The notes under the pieces were generated by a model. It was not told where the DNA came from and did no database searches. It worked only from the letters and a program-made list of their open reading frames with translations. A stretch of DNA of 64,000 nt from Anthoceros angustus (taxonomy: Eukaryota; Plantae; Anthocerotophyta), in assembly GCA_010909165.1 (NCBI GenBank), contig VJWM01000118.1, forward strand, positions 682,001-746,000, written 5' to 3'. A program made the translations under genes and the position numbers. Positions 11,390 through 23,348 of this stretch are shown here, piece after piece. Numbering within the stretch: position 1 is the first letter of the stretch; each line of letters opens with the position of its first letter.

Positions 11390-14300
11390 CAGTATTGAGC
11401 AGCAGCATTAACAGCATACATGATATAGGGCCTAGTCCAATTAGCCAAATAGAGGAGACAACCCACACAAGCAGCACAAGGGATAGTACGCATATCCTCA
11501 CGCCAAGACGATTGTGGGCAATCCTCGAAGATAACCGAATACCAACCGCCTTGAGATATAGGCCTAATTTGTTTGCATATTAAAACGGGTTAAGATTTCT
11601 CTTACATATTTTTGTTGATGCATAAATATTCGGCCATTAGGTTGATCTCGAAGAATCTGAATCCCGAGACACCATCGAAGAACCCCAATATCCTTCATGT
11701 CAAATTAGGCCCGAAACATATCCTTAACAAAGTTAATTAACTTTATACTAGTGCCAAACATACATATGTCATCAACATATAAAGCTAAAATGACAAAGTT
11801 GGAGCCGTCAGCTAGATAATAAACATTACTATCAGCATGTCTTTGAGTAAAGCCAATAAACTTAAGACGACCATCACACTTATAAAATCATTTGTTAGCA
11901 CTTTGTTTTAAACCATAAAGGCACTTTAGCAGCTTACAAACTAACTCCGCATTAACATCTTCATAACCCTCAGGTTGCCGCATATATATTTCCTCCTCGA
12001 GTTCTCCATACAAGAATGCGGTACAAACATCCATTTAATGGATTTCTAAGTTCAACTATGCGGCTAAAGCTAAAAAGACCCTTAAGGATTGGGTCTTAAC
12101 TACCGGCGAGAAAGTCTCCTGGTAATCCAAGCCAGCTACCTGGCTATAGCCCTTAGCAACTAGCCTAGCTTTATAACGTTCAATAGAACCATCAGCATTT
12201 AATTTGGTCTTAAAGACCCACTTGCAAAGTATGGGTTTACGACCAGGAGGAAGTGGAACTAAATCCCATGTATGATTTTTAAGCAAAGAATTATACTCAC
12301 TTTCTATTGCCTCTTTCCACGCAGCACCATTAGGTCCATCCAAGGCCTCTCGATAGGTAGTAGGTTCACCATCAACTGTCAGAAGAGCATATGCAAGGAG
12401 AGCCCTAGGATCAGTTGAAGGTGAATTAGTGAAAGCAGAAAAATCAGCATGAATAGAATTATCTTCTATATTTGCTTCCACTATTTCTGCATTATCGGGC
12501 ATATTTCCAGCATTAGTATTAGCTAAAATATCCGTAAGTGCCCGTGTACGTGTACGTGGTCTAGATACGGGAGGTTCTGGTGACCAGCGGACGGGAGCCC
12601 TACGCTCCCGTGTAGATGAGCGACGGGGAGGCACCGGCCCAACCACATCTTCAGCCCGCGCTTCATCTCGCGCTCCAAGTTCCACATTATCTCGTTCACC
12701 CGCTTTTCCATGTGCCCCTGCTCGTTCACTCGCGCCACCACTTGCACCCGGGATGCCGTAATCCGATCGAATCGGTGGCGCACCACCTTGAGTGGCATGG
12801 CGGTAGGAGTGAGCCGAGCCTTGCGGGCTGCCTCGGGGATCGCGCCCTCGCCTCAATCCCGCCTAAAGGAAGCATCTCAAGCAATCCTCCGGCGATACAT
12901 GTTCCTTGATTGAGAGCCTGCAGAAGGACGCAGCCTTCTGCAGCCATCCGGCCATGGTCGACTCCACCGATTGCGATGCGGTCTTGTCCTGCACGGGAGC
13001 ATGGGGCAAATGTGGCCATCTTGCAATGTGTCTTGACTCCTCCTCACCGTCTGCGCTCTGCATTGGCAGGGGTATAGGCCCATGTTGCGATGTCACAGGT
13101 CACGTGTGATCAATGTCGAGTTGGAAACGAGAACACTCGAGTTGGCGTTGAAAACCAACATTGGGATCAGGAGGGTCGTCCTCATCATTATCGTCATCTG
13201 GGTATGTGTGTGAACTACCATCTCCAAAGTCAATTCCTGTGTGAACTGTCACCTCCAAAATCTGGATTTTCGTCATAGTTGATTCTGAGGCTGATCGGTG
13301 TCTCCATGTCCGAGACTGCTCCCTTGCCCGCTCAATGATGAGCTTCGTTGAAGACAACACTCCTGCATATGTCGGTTGGCGGGTGGAGGTGAATCTGATC
13401 TATAAGCCGATCTCCATAAGCAAGCGAATATATGTCGGGTTGCCCTGTCGCTAGCTTAGGCCGCCACGGGGAACAAGGGCCCTGGACATCCAAAGACTCG
13501 AGGTGTGCCACCCGTGTTTTCTCTTGTACCATAACTCGAATGGTGTTGTTCGTGACGATATGGTGATGTGTGCATCTTGTTCATCGTAGGTGGTCATGGG
13601 ACTCGGCCCGATGGGGCTTTGGAAGATTGGAGGCATGGAGCATCGTCCTTGCAGCACTTGCTATGTCCCCAATTTTCTTCTCGTCTACCCCATTCTGTTG
13701 GGATGTGTAAGGTACATTGTATTGACGCATAATCCCTAGAGCCTTACACCAGTCCTTGAATTCATTTGAACTGAACTCTCCCCCGTTGTCTGTCCGCAAG
13801 TAGCGAACCTTGGACCCTGTCTGAGATTCAGCCATTATTTTATAGTCTTGGAAGGTACTGAATGCATCACTTTTCCTCTTCAGTGGACACGTGTGTGTGA
13901 ACCTGCTGTAGTCATCAACAATGACCAGGTAATATAGTGCTCCACCAAGGGAGGGTACACTTAATGGCCCACATATATCTGCATGCAGCAATTCTAACAA
14001 ACTGGTTGCCCGTGTAGGGTTGGTGTTAGTGAAGGGTAGCTGCTTGTGCTTTCCCATGACACAAGCCTTACAAACTTGCAGCTTTTTCCCTAGTTTAGGG
14101 AGTCCTTCACCTGTTTCTAAAATAATCAGCCTGTGTGTGACGCAGAAGTTCAGGGAGATTCATGTGGCCAAAACGCAAATGCCACAAGAGAGTTCTTGAA
14201 GAGATAGAGTCTGCCACGCAAGCAACCCTACTTCCACTCGGCTAAGCTGATGAAGAGCCTACAGGTAAGAGCTCTAGAACATACAGGTCATCCTGCTGCT

Positions 14301-15558
14301 TCCCTATGCATCACTTCGTCCGAATAACTGCAGCCCTTTCGTGAGCAGAAAGTGACATTGTTATTAGTGGTAAGGGCCGTCACTGAAACCAGATTCTTAG
14401 TCATACAGGGTACATAAAGGACATCTCTCAAGTGTACATCTGTTCCTACAGAAGTGTGCAAGATCACAGTCCCTTTGCCTTTCACGGCGACTGATCGGTC
14501 ATCAGCCACAACAACAACTTGCCTTAAGGAATCAGCAGCAAATGTTGTGAAGCAACTCCTATTGTTGCATATGTGCGCAGATGCTCGTGAGTCCAAGTAC
14601 CACAAGGAAGGTGATGTAGGAGTGGAAAGGAAGCAGACTGTCATGATTGAAGGTACAGTCCTGCTTGTCGATTCAGCAACATGTGTCTCATGAGGCTTGG
14701 TTTTGCGGGGTTCGCCTGCCTTTTTCTTACGGCAGTCCCGCTCCTTATGCCCTTCAAGTTGACACCAGTTACAAGCTCCCTTCCTTTTCTTCTTATCACC
14801 TTTGTTGTAGCTACTGCTGGCAGGCTTGCCCTGCCCTCCTTTCTTATTCCATCTTGGCTTCTTTTCTGCCATGAGAACCTTGTCGGAATCTGCAGTAGAA
14901 GATGATGCTATATATGTTCACTCTTCTCCTGGTCTCTTCTTGCAGCATTGAAGCAGAGAGAGCTACAACTATGAGTGTTGAAGCTCCACCAGTTGCAACT
15001 GCAGCCGAAGCTGTCTGGAGGGGCCCGTTTTGTTGTGAAGCAAAACTCTCCCAGGTTTGAGGGAGACTGGCTAGCAATTGTGTGACTGCATCCAACTCGG
15101 TCATCTTAGATCCAAGGAGTGATATCTGTGAACGAAGATACCTGAATTTGCCTAGGTAAGCCGAAACACGCTCTTTTTCTTTCAATCGCAAGGACTGAAA
15201 ATTCATCCCTGCTTCTACAAGGGTCATGACGTTTTGTACTTGATAGAGATTAGCCAGGCCATCCCAGATTTCCCGGCATGTGTCATAACCTGCAGCATGA
15301 TCCATCATGCTCTCTTCTAGGGCATTGATGATCAGATGCTTGTTTATCTCCACGGTTCCATTTGTCAACATCGACGAGTGGCGGTGGTGTATTACTTGTA
15401 TGCAGAACTATGGGAAGAGGCAATGTCCCATCCACGTACCGCCATACCTCTTTAAACTCAAGTGCAGTCTTCATTCTTATTCTCCAGATGTTATATTTAG
15501 TTCCGTTGAATCGATCTCTATAATCGACTCCTGATATGTTGGCTGTGTTAGTAGCCAT
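11390..15558 (-). mobile_element. Ty1/Copia retrotransposon gag-pol, frameshifted and truncated within RT
   Basis: In order: gag (FNGTKYNIWRIRMKTAL), zinc knuckle CNWCQLEGHKERDC, protease WYLDSRASAHI, WHLRFGH, integrase (LHADICGP, LRTDNGGEF), RT (CKWVFKTKLNADGSIERYKARLVAKGYSQ, LYVDD). No RNase H or LTR pair was found. Confidence 0.92.
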
Positions 15559-18500
15559 TGCAGCGGAAGAAGTGTGTTAATACCTGCCCTGTTGTGCCTG
15601 TAGGTGGACTGTGGGAATTATGATCCTCACAGCACCGGCTACAGCAACAACCTTCTAGGTATTTTGGCACCACTTAGTTAGTTATTTAGTAACCTGCATG
15701 GTTATCAAGCTTCACATGAAGCCAATTCACCACCAACAGACGTGACCTTCTCTGGCAGGTGTGTCTTGTGGCTCCAAACGATGCAGCGTTTAAGTTTTAC
15801 CGTTTCAGTTTTCGGGTGGTGGAGGTGTCTGTGGCCTCCGAACATTTAGGGTTTCCTCTCTTGGTTGTTGCAGGCTCTCAAGCATAGAGATTACAGCATC
15901 GATCCTTTAATTGATCTCATTGAAGCAATGAACCATTACTCTGGGATTGATATAGGGAGGCGCATCTCCTTGCCTGGGCAAGGTAAGGCCATGTTGTTCC
16001 CGTGCTGCAATTTGGTTGTTAGGATTCTCCCAACGCAGAAACTGTCTCCTTTCACTAAGAATTTCAGAGAGACCTGTCATGCCCTGTTCCCTAGCACGGG
16101 GTACCCAATTTCGATGGGTAGTGACCCTCCATTGATCATGCTGTGAAGGCGCCCAATTCCTGTGAGAATTGTTATGGGATTGTTCCCTTGGCACCTGTGA
16201 AATGGGAGGGGCCAATATCTAATCGGAGGGGCAGATGTAGGACGAAGCCAATCCCCTTGCTGACGTATAAGCAAAAGGCTAAGACTTGTGAGCAATTGTT
16301 TGTCGTCTCAGGGTAGGCGAAGTCTTCAAACTTCTGTTTCTTTAAGCCCTGGCTGAGGATCACGAGAGAAGGACAGAAGTAGGGCAGCTGAAAGTCCTCC
16401 CGGGTGAGTTGGTTGCCAAATGGACATCTGCACTGTAATTGCAGCTCTTAAGCAGGCATAGGCTTCAGCAGTCATCTACATTATGTAATATTGTTATGAG
16501 ATGAAGCAGTGTTTAGGGTTAGCAGTGTTTAGGTGCATAGATTTTGCGGAGGGTTGGAGCCGGGAATTGGAGAGTAAAGATCAGTCAAATGGCACAACTT
16601 AGCCTGACAACCCACACAGTCGCAATTTGAATTTATTGAATACTTAATTAATGTCTAATATATTCAAAATATAATTAAATAAAAAAGTGCCCTAGGCTCT
16701 ATCCTATGGAATACCGCTCTGGTCACGCGGCATCCACACTTTTTTAGGGTTGTGGACAGAAAGAAATAGTCCCGCCACATACGGCGGAACTATTTCGGTA
16801 TGTCACGCATGACCACATCGGTCGGGGCTGCGGCCACCCGATGTCCCGATGTCGTCAACCTACCCCATGATGCACGAAAAGATTTCACGGTAAACAGAAA
16901 CTTTTCTTCTCTCAGGTTTAGGGTTGCGTTTAGGTCATTTGCATTGTCGCGCCATTGTGGCACGGGGCTCCATATATGTCAGTGGTTGCATTAGCATTGC
17001 GCTCACAGTTTGCAATTGGGTTTGCGCTGCACTCATGGTCTGTGTTTGCAGCGCGGCTGAGTGCATTTGCCCTTACGTGCAAGGCTGTGGTGTTTGGCAC
17101 TAGCTGCATACAGGGTTGCAACGTTTCCGAGGCCTCACTCAAGCTCTCAATGTTTAATCTGTAATTTCGTTCAGTCAATTGGAAAAACTCTGTTGACAAT
17201 GTCGGAGGCTCGAAGGACTGGCCATGGCCGAGTCCATAATTTCTCAGCACGGACACTGCCAACATTCGAGGTGTCCGGTGAATTCCTCGACACCAAGTGG
17301 AATGTGACCACCGAGGTTTGAAACTTTGAGTTGGTACAAGGAAAGGCAGTTTGTCTTTGGACATAGCGAGCGAGTGATCTAAGAAGCACCTACGGCGCCG
17401 ATGGGACCTCAGGGCGGTGGAGCTATCAAGCGGGAGGAAGAGGCGATGGCGGGGATGGTACCTACCAAAGTTCCTACTCGGTAGGAAGGCTGAGGAGGAG
17501 GAGGTGACCCGGAAGGAAGGTACCTCGGTCTGAAACCAGTGTGAGGAAGGTACCCCATAGCGAGATCGAAACGTGGTAGGAGGCAGACCGCCTACCAAGA
17601 AGGCGAGGGCGATGGGGAGGAACCTACTAAGGACGAGCAGGTAGGAATGGAACCTCCTACTACAGTGGAGGACCTACCGGTGGGGCGTGTGGCTGCTAGG
17701 CGGGTCTGGTGAAGACTCGGAGGTGGGCAAGGCTAAGCGACCCATCGAAGGGAAGACATTGAAGGCGAGGCGAACAAAAGCGTGACGTGGGATGTCAGTA
17801 GGACCTTTTCAGTAGGACGTTTTGTCCCAAGTGGTGCACACCTTGGGAAGTGTGAGTATTTAAGAGTGGCGGCAGTACAGACAGATAGGATATTCCGATC
17901 AAGGTGAGCTGGACTGAGTTGAGAGGATGAACCGCAAGGGGGCTGACAAGGATCCTATTGTTGGACTTGGCAAGTCGCCCTAGCATTAAACTAGCACGAG
18001 TGACCAGTCGACTCCCCCACCTATAAAAGGGAGGGTGGAAGGATGAATAAACACCAGACCTTGCTTTGCCATGCATTCTTCGTCTCTCCGGTGCATCCCT
18101 TTGTGTGTGTGTCTTGTGATTGTGTCAAGCGGCGAAAGCGAAGGGTGGGTTCGGTCGGAGGCCCCTCGCGGTGGGGTTCGCTCATGAGCTCCTCCTCTCG
18201 TGAAAGATTGTTGTTGGATGTACTTTGTGTTCTGTTGGATGGCCTCTGCGGTGGTGGCGCTCGACTACGCTCGCGTCGGTGTTCGTGTGACAATCGGCGA
18301 GAGAAATACCAGCCGTCACCCCAGGCAGTTGTGCCGCAAGGGAGGCGTGCAAATTGGCGAACGTTACGAGTAGAGTTAGATTTGGGGATCGAATGAAGTG
18401 AGTTTGTATGTGGTTGTCTGTGAACTATGTTTCTTTTGAGAATGGTGAAGAGGTTGGTTATGGGTGTGTCGTTGTAGAGTGAATTGATCGTTGTAGTTGG

Positions 18501-20215
18501 CATAGGAAAGTGTTGAGGTGGATAAGAAGTAGGGAATCCTGGAAGGCGTGGAGGCGGCGTGGGCGACCGAGCGCACGCACGGTTTGTTGCCCTGCGAGGA
18601 CAAGTAGGCAAGGCGGGATGATGAGGCGAGAGTGAGGAGGAGCGACTGCAAACAATCCGAACCAAATCTCTTGGGATCGAACCTACGTATTCAACGACCG
18701 TGGGATAAGTGTGGCCACCGAGGCGAGCTCCGGGTGACCGAGGCAAACCTACCTTAACTCCGTTATACTTGGTGTTTTACTAACAAATTTTCATTAGAAG
18801 GTTTGAATGGTGTATCGGGTTATCAAGCTAGCCTTACACAATAGAAGTCGTGGTTGCCGTGTTCAAACAAACGCTTTTCTCGAGCTGTACACTATTCTTT
18901 TTGCCCATGACAACTCAACTCTTCTTTTCCCCAACCATGATGGCTTTGTAAAAGTTACTAAAGCAAGGTCTCATGGGCTGACTTAGGAACAAAGCATGAT
19001 ACCAAAATACCAAATTTTAAAGGAAAAAAGAAAAAAAATGCAAAAAGGGGGGTCTCAAGCCATCACTGAATTTCCCTGAATTTTTTTCCACGCTCAAATC
19101 TTGCAAAACTCGATTGAAAACCAAGTTGGAGGAGGCGTAGAAAATATAAATAAATGCCTTTGGGGCTGAACTTGCAAGTGAGCACATATCAGAAATATAG
19201 GGTAAATGATGTGAACTAGTCCTACTTTCTGCCAACATTAGATAATTTCTTTTCCCTTAAATCCATGTTATACAAAATGCCAGCAAACTCATTAATTTAA
19301 GTCAATAGCTCGAAGTTTAAAAAGTCGATATCAAAACAAAATAACCCAAAACACCAAAAAAACTACAGCATCACGAAGCCTGTTCCAATGCCACGGGACA
19401 GCCAGTGGCATTGAAACGGGCCTTTGCCGGTCACCATGTATTTTAGCCCTTGAACGTGCAAAATTTCTAAATGGGGACTTTTATCACCTCTCCAGTAGAT
19501 TGCAATCAATTATGAAATTGAAAATTTTGGAAAAATTTATGGGTGTGCTTGGCGCTGAAAGCGCTCTCTTCCCATCTCATGAACTCAAAAAACAGATCAG
19601 GATTCATCCAAAGGGGAAACGAAGACCCAAAGAATTGATGAGAGATTGCATAAGAATCCCCACAACTGCTTCTCTCACCCTCTCCACAGATTGCGATAAC
19701 TTCATGCCGCACTTGTGGGGCAAGCTAGCCAATGGGGCAGGGGCATGTGGCAGCGGACTTCGACCATGACAAGCGGGTTGTGCTTATGTCCAGGGGCTTG
19801 CTAACACGTGTTTTGTTTTCTCTCTCAATTCAAGTATGGGAAGTTTCATTCAGTTTGTTAAGCATGATTGTGTGCATTCAGGACTCCTGGAATCCAAGTT
19901 TTTGAGCATTTTCGTGTGTAATTTTTGCATGGAACACTTGCATTGGTGTAGGCTTTCTAGTGATATGCTTTTAGCCTATTTGGTTCTGCCAATTGCACAA
20001 ATATTATCTAACTCTAATTCCAAAAACAAATATCCCACAATTTGGCGAAGAAGCTCTTCAGAATCTCAACGAGGTATGCCTTGGACGGAATACAAGTGCT
20101 ATGGATTGAGGAACGGCCATGGGCATTCTCGTGAGGGTACTTCTATCTCGTTTGCAAAAATTAATAATTACCTTCCTGTTATCTTCCTTTGAAAATGCCC
20201 TGGATGACCGACCGT

Positions 20216-20450
20216 TCAGGGGTTAAACAAGGGTTGCGGGCGAATGACAGCCGATGGCATTGCTTGTGCCCGCGTGCAAACTGGTATCAATTGTTTAGGG
20301 GTTAAACAAGGGGTGCTGGTGAATGATAGCCAACGGCATTGCCCGCCCTTGCGTGCAAACTAGCATTGATCATTTAGGGGAAACTAGAGGTGTAGGTGAA
20401 TGACAGCCGGCGGCATTGCCCACCTCCGCATGCAAATTAGCATCAATACA
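20216..20450. repeat. ~80 bp tandem repeat, 3 diverged copies
   Basis: Each unit carries AGGGG..AAAC, GAATGA(C/T)AGCC..GGCATTGC and GTGCAAA(C/T)T-like cores. Confidence 0.75.
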
Positions 20451-20595
20451 CAAAGGCCATACAAAGTAACAATACAGGCACTATATATGTATGTATGTTA
20501 GGATGAGGAAGATGGTTCCCCATCCCAGCATTGATATGCCCCGTAGGTTGCTTATGTGTGGAGTTTCTATGTCATATGGTGTATGTATACCCCAT

Positions 20596-20680
20596 CAACA
20601 ACAACAACAACTTTATTTATGTCCACTAAGGATCTACTAGTGATGATGTGATAGGTCCATTCGACATTCTCTTTAGACAA
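20596..20680 (-). mobile_element. Possible 3' tail of a 5'-truncated RTE-type LINE or SINE
   Basis: Minus strand reads GATCCTTAGTGGACATAAATAAAG followed by (TTG)n, resembling plant RTE/Au-SINE 3' ends. Short, so weak evidence. Confidence 0.3.
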
Positions 20681-20879
20681 ACGGGTCAAAAGAGTATGTA
20701 GAAATAACTAAAAGAACGTTATTTTGAAATAATTTTTGATATTTTATGTGGAGACATATGTCCAAAGAGAGTTGATTCAAAACGAAGATGTCGAAAGAAT
20801 AAAGGGTTGATTCGCCATTCGGAAATTGCCGTAGGGCATACCCAGCTATCAGGGCAGTCCGTGTTCATGCTGGCAAAAG

Positions 20880-21760
20880 CCTGTCGGGCGTCTTCCAGAT
20901 CACCGTTTTTTTTTTTTTGAGTTCACCGCATTTTGTATACGTGTCCACGAGGCAGTTGTCCACTACCAGGAGACCTCTTTCCACAATATGTGAGTGCAGC
21001 TGCCTGCCCTTCTGTAAGGCAACAATGCTTGCAGAGGCCCTCAGAAGGCAAGCAAAAGTAACATGGTTAGCCAAACTGAGGGCTTCTTGCGTCATCTGCC
21101 CATACACAACAAGCGCCTCTTGGCTGAGTCCTTGCTCTGCATACCCAGCAATCAGGCCATTCCACGTCACCACATTCTTCCTGTTCAAGCTGTCAAAAAC
21201 CTGGCGCGCATGTTTCAGTTCACCACATGTTGCATACCCAACGATCAGGGTATTTCATGTCACCACATCCTTTGTGGCCATGCTGTCAAAACCCCGCCGT
21301 GCATCTTTCAGCTCACCACATTTTGCATACATGTTCACCAGGCAGGTGAGCACCAGTATGTCCTCCAGGAGTCCCTCTTTCAACAATCAATGAGTGCAGC
21401 TGCCTACCCTTCTGTATGGAACCAGTGCTTGCAAAGCCTTGAGAATGCAGGCCAAAGAAACATGATTACACAAAATCAGCCCTGCTGCTCCGTTAGTCCA
21501 TACAGAAACAAAGTGCCTCATGTCCGAGCCCTTGCTCGGCATACCCCCGTGCCTCATGTCCGAGCCCTTGCTATCAGTGCATTTCAGGCCACCACATTCT
21601 GTGTTCATGCTGTCAAAAGTCTGGCGTGCATATGCATGTTTCAGTTCACCACAATTTACTTACCCAGATATCAGAGCATTGTCACCACATCCTTCGTCAA
21701 AAACCTGGCCTGCATCTTCAGCTTGCCACATTTTGCATACATGTCCACCAGGTAAGTGCC
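20880..21760 (-). pseudogene. PLS-class pentatricopeptide repeat (PPR) pseudogene fragment
   Basis: LVNMYAKCGELKDARRGFDSMATKDVVT and ARQVFDSLNRKNVVTWNGLIAGYAEQGLSQEAL motifs, internal scrambling, and a poly-A run at the 3' end. Confidence 0.85.
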
Positions 21761-22029
21761 AACAAACAAGTTTCAAAGAATGTACTTTTCTGCCAGATTC
21801 CAAGTCGGCGACAAAGGCACAGGCTTGAAGGGCAGCTACAAAGACGTGAGCATCTGACTTCTCTCTTCACCTACGCATCTCATGGCACAGCTGTATGGCC
21901 TCGCTGGGCCTTCCGTGCTTAGCATCAACCCAAGCTGGCTAAGACAGGTTGTTAAACCACGGGACCTCACCGGACCCCTTATGCGGGAAGTAAGGCAAAC
22001 GGGAGCTCTTCTTATTTCATCTGTTGTCC

Positions 22030-22490
22030 ACCACATCGTAGGGTCCAGAGCAAACTGTTGCCACACGTGATCCTGCTCCTGGCGGCAACCATCGCTGGAA
22101 AACCCTCCCCGTCCACACAGTTTCTCGGAAGTGGAAGTGCGGGCTCCTTACGCTGCTGCACCCGGAGCCCATTTCCGCTCCAGCACGACTGCCAGGCTCA
22201 GGCTTACCCGGAGAGCTCCACTCGGATGCAGAAGCACCATGACCCATTTGTAGAATCTGGTCTGTTGTCCCACCATCTGGTAGGGTCCAGAAAAAATTGC
22301 TGCCACAGAAGCTCCTGCTCCTGGCGACGACCAGCGCTGGAAATCCGTCCCCGCCCACACATTTTCTCAGAGGTGGCACTACTGGGCTCGTTACCCTGCT
22401 GCACCTGGAGCCCATTCCCGATCCTGCGCATGGTTCAGGCTTATCCGGAGACTTCGACTTGGAAGGGGACGCACCATGACCCATCGGCAT
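22030..22490. repeat. ~240 bp diverged tandem duplication
   Basis: GTAGGGTCCAGA...CCTGCTCCTGGCG...CTGCTGCACC...TCAGGCTTA...GCACCATGACCCAT occurs twice. Confidence 0.75.
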
Positions 22491-22549
22491 GCCCAAGGAA
22501 ACGGGCTGCTCCTCAACCCAAGCAGATGAAGCAGACATGCTGTCTTAAC

Positions 22550-22691
22550 ACAGGACCTCGCCAGACCCAAGCGGACTTGTTGTTCTAACCCCGGGACCTT
22601 GCCAGACCCAAGCCCACATGCTGTTTTCACCACAGGACCTCACCAGTCCCAAGCACCCTTGCTGTTCTAACTTCGAACCACAGGACCTTGG
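22550..22691. repeat. ~41 bp tandem repeat, about 3.3 copies
   Basis: Core (A/C)C(A/G)GGACCT..CCAG.CCCAAGC...TG.TGTT.T.AC. Confidence 0.7.
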
Positions 22692-23348
22692 AGTTCTTAT
22701 GTCATCTGGTGTATGTGCACCCCATCATGATCCCCCGATAAAGTGTGAAGCTTTGGGATGAGTACGTAATGGGTGTGGAGCTTGCACCGGATCCACAGGG
22801 ATGGAACCAAAACAAACATGGGGGTTGCTGCAGGTCTCCACGTTCCAACGTGCAAAGTCTCACGATCGCTAGGGCCGAGCTAAATAGAGGGAAGTCGCAG
22901 ACGGCGCTTTGCAGAGAAGCCTTTTTAAACGGGGCAAGAAGTCTTGAAAGGCTTGCGAGCGAGGCGATACTACAACTCGACCGTAGCGTCCCTACCTGCA
23001 AGTTCACAAGCGAAACATTGTTCCTGCTGGCTACGGGATCCTTTCATAAATCTCTCATGCACACGTACCACAGTCTACTACGACTCATCCCAATGGGGAC
23101 ATCACGAGAAGCATATCCAGTCAAGGCACAAGACACAAGGCGGCTCCTTCACCAAGGTCGTACTTCCCATGGAGCTCTAGAGCGAGAGACTCCAGCAGTA
23201 GAGAAGGCTGTACGAATCGAATACTCCGCCTCAGTGTGTCAAGATGTCCCGCCTTCTCTTACCATACACTCGTCGCTATAAAACTCTTCACTTGTCCCAT
23301 AAAATGCAGCAAGAGCCACGAGTCGTCTACGCTGCATCACACATTGCA

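Larger units (their letters stand above)
7950..11390. repeat. Mosaic of repeated blocks from an unidentified element: a ~580 bp unit, a ~270 bp unit and an AT-rich minisatellite, interleaved with Copia RT
   Basis: The ~580 bp unit starts near 7950, 8532 and 9550, with a partial copy at 10845. The block beginning GTTAATCCGGAATGTGGTCACG occurs at ~9140, ~10025 and ~11022. Copies differ mostly by small indels. Confidence 0.8.

Noticed and set aside
15694-15708. 15 bp match CTGCATGGTTATCAA to the tRNA upstream flank (25295-25309), also PBS-like
   Set aside because: About one or a few 15-mer matches are expected by chance in 64 kb, and the orientation is wrong for the minus-strand Copia PBS.
16763-16796. 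14 bp stem hairpin as a Helitron end or terminator
   Set aside because: No CTRR terminus at the expected distance on either strand and no other Helitron evidence.
16900-18800. 222 aa and 241 aa minus-strand ORFs
   Set aside because: Low-complexity translations with no recognisable domain. Probably TE-derived, but I cannot name a family.
19382-19417. 13 bp stem hairpin
   Set aside because: Isolated, with no CTRR end or RNA-gene context.
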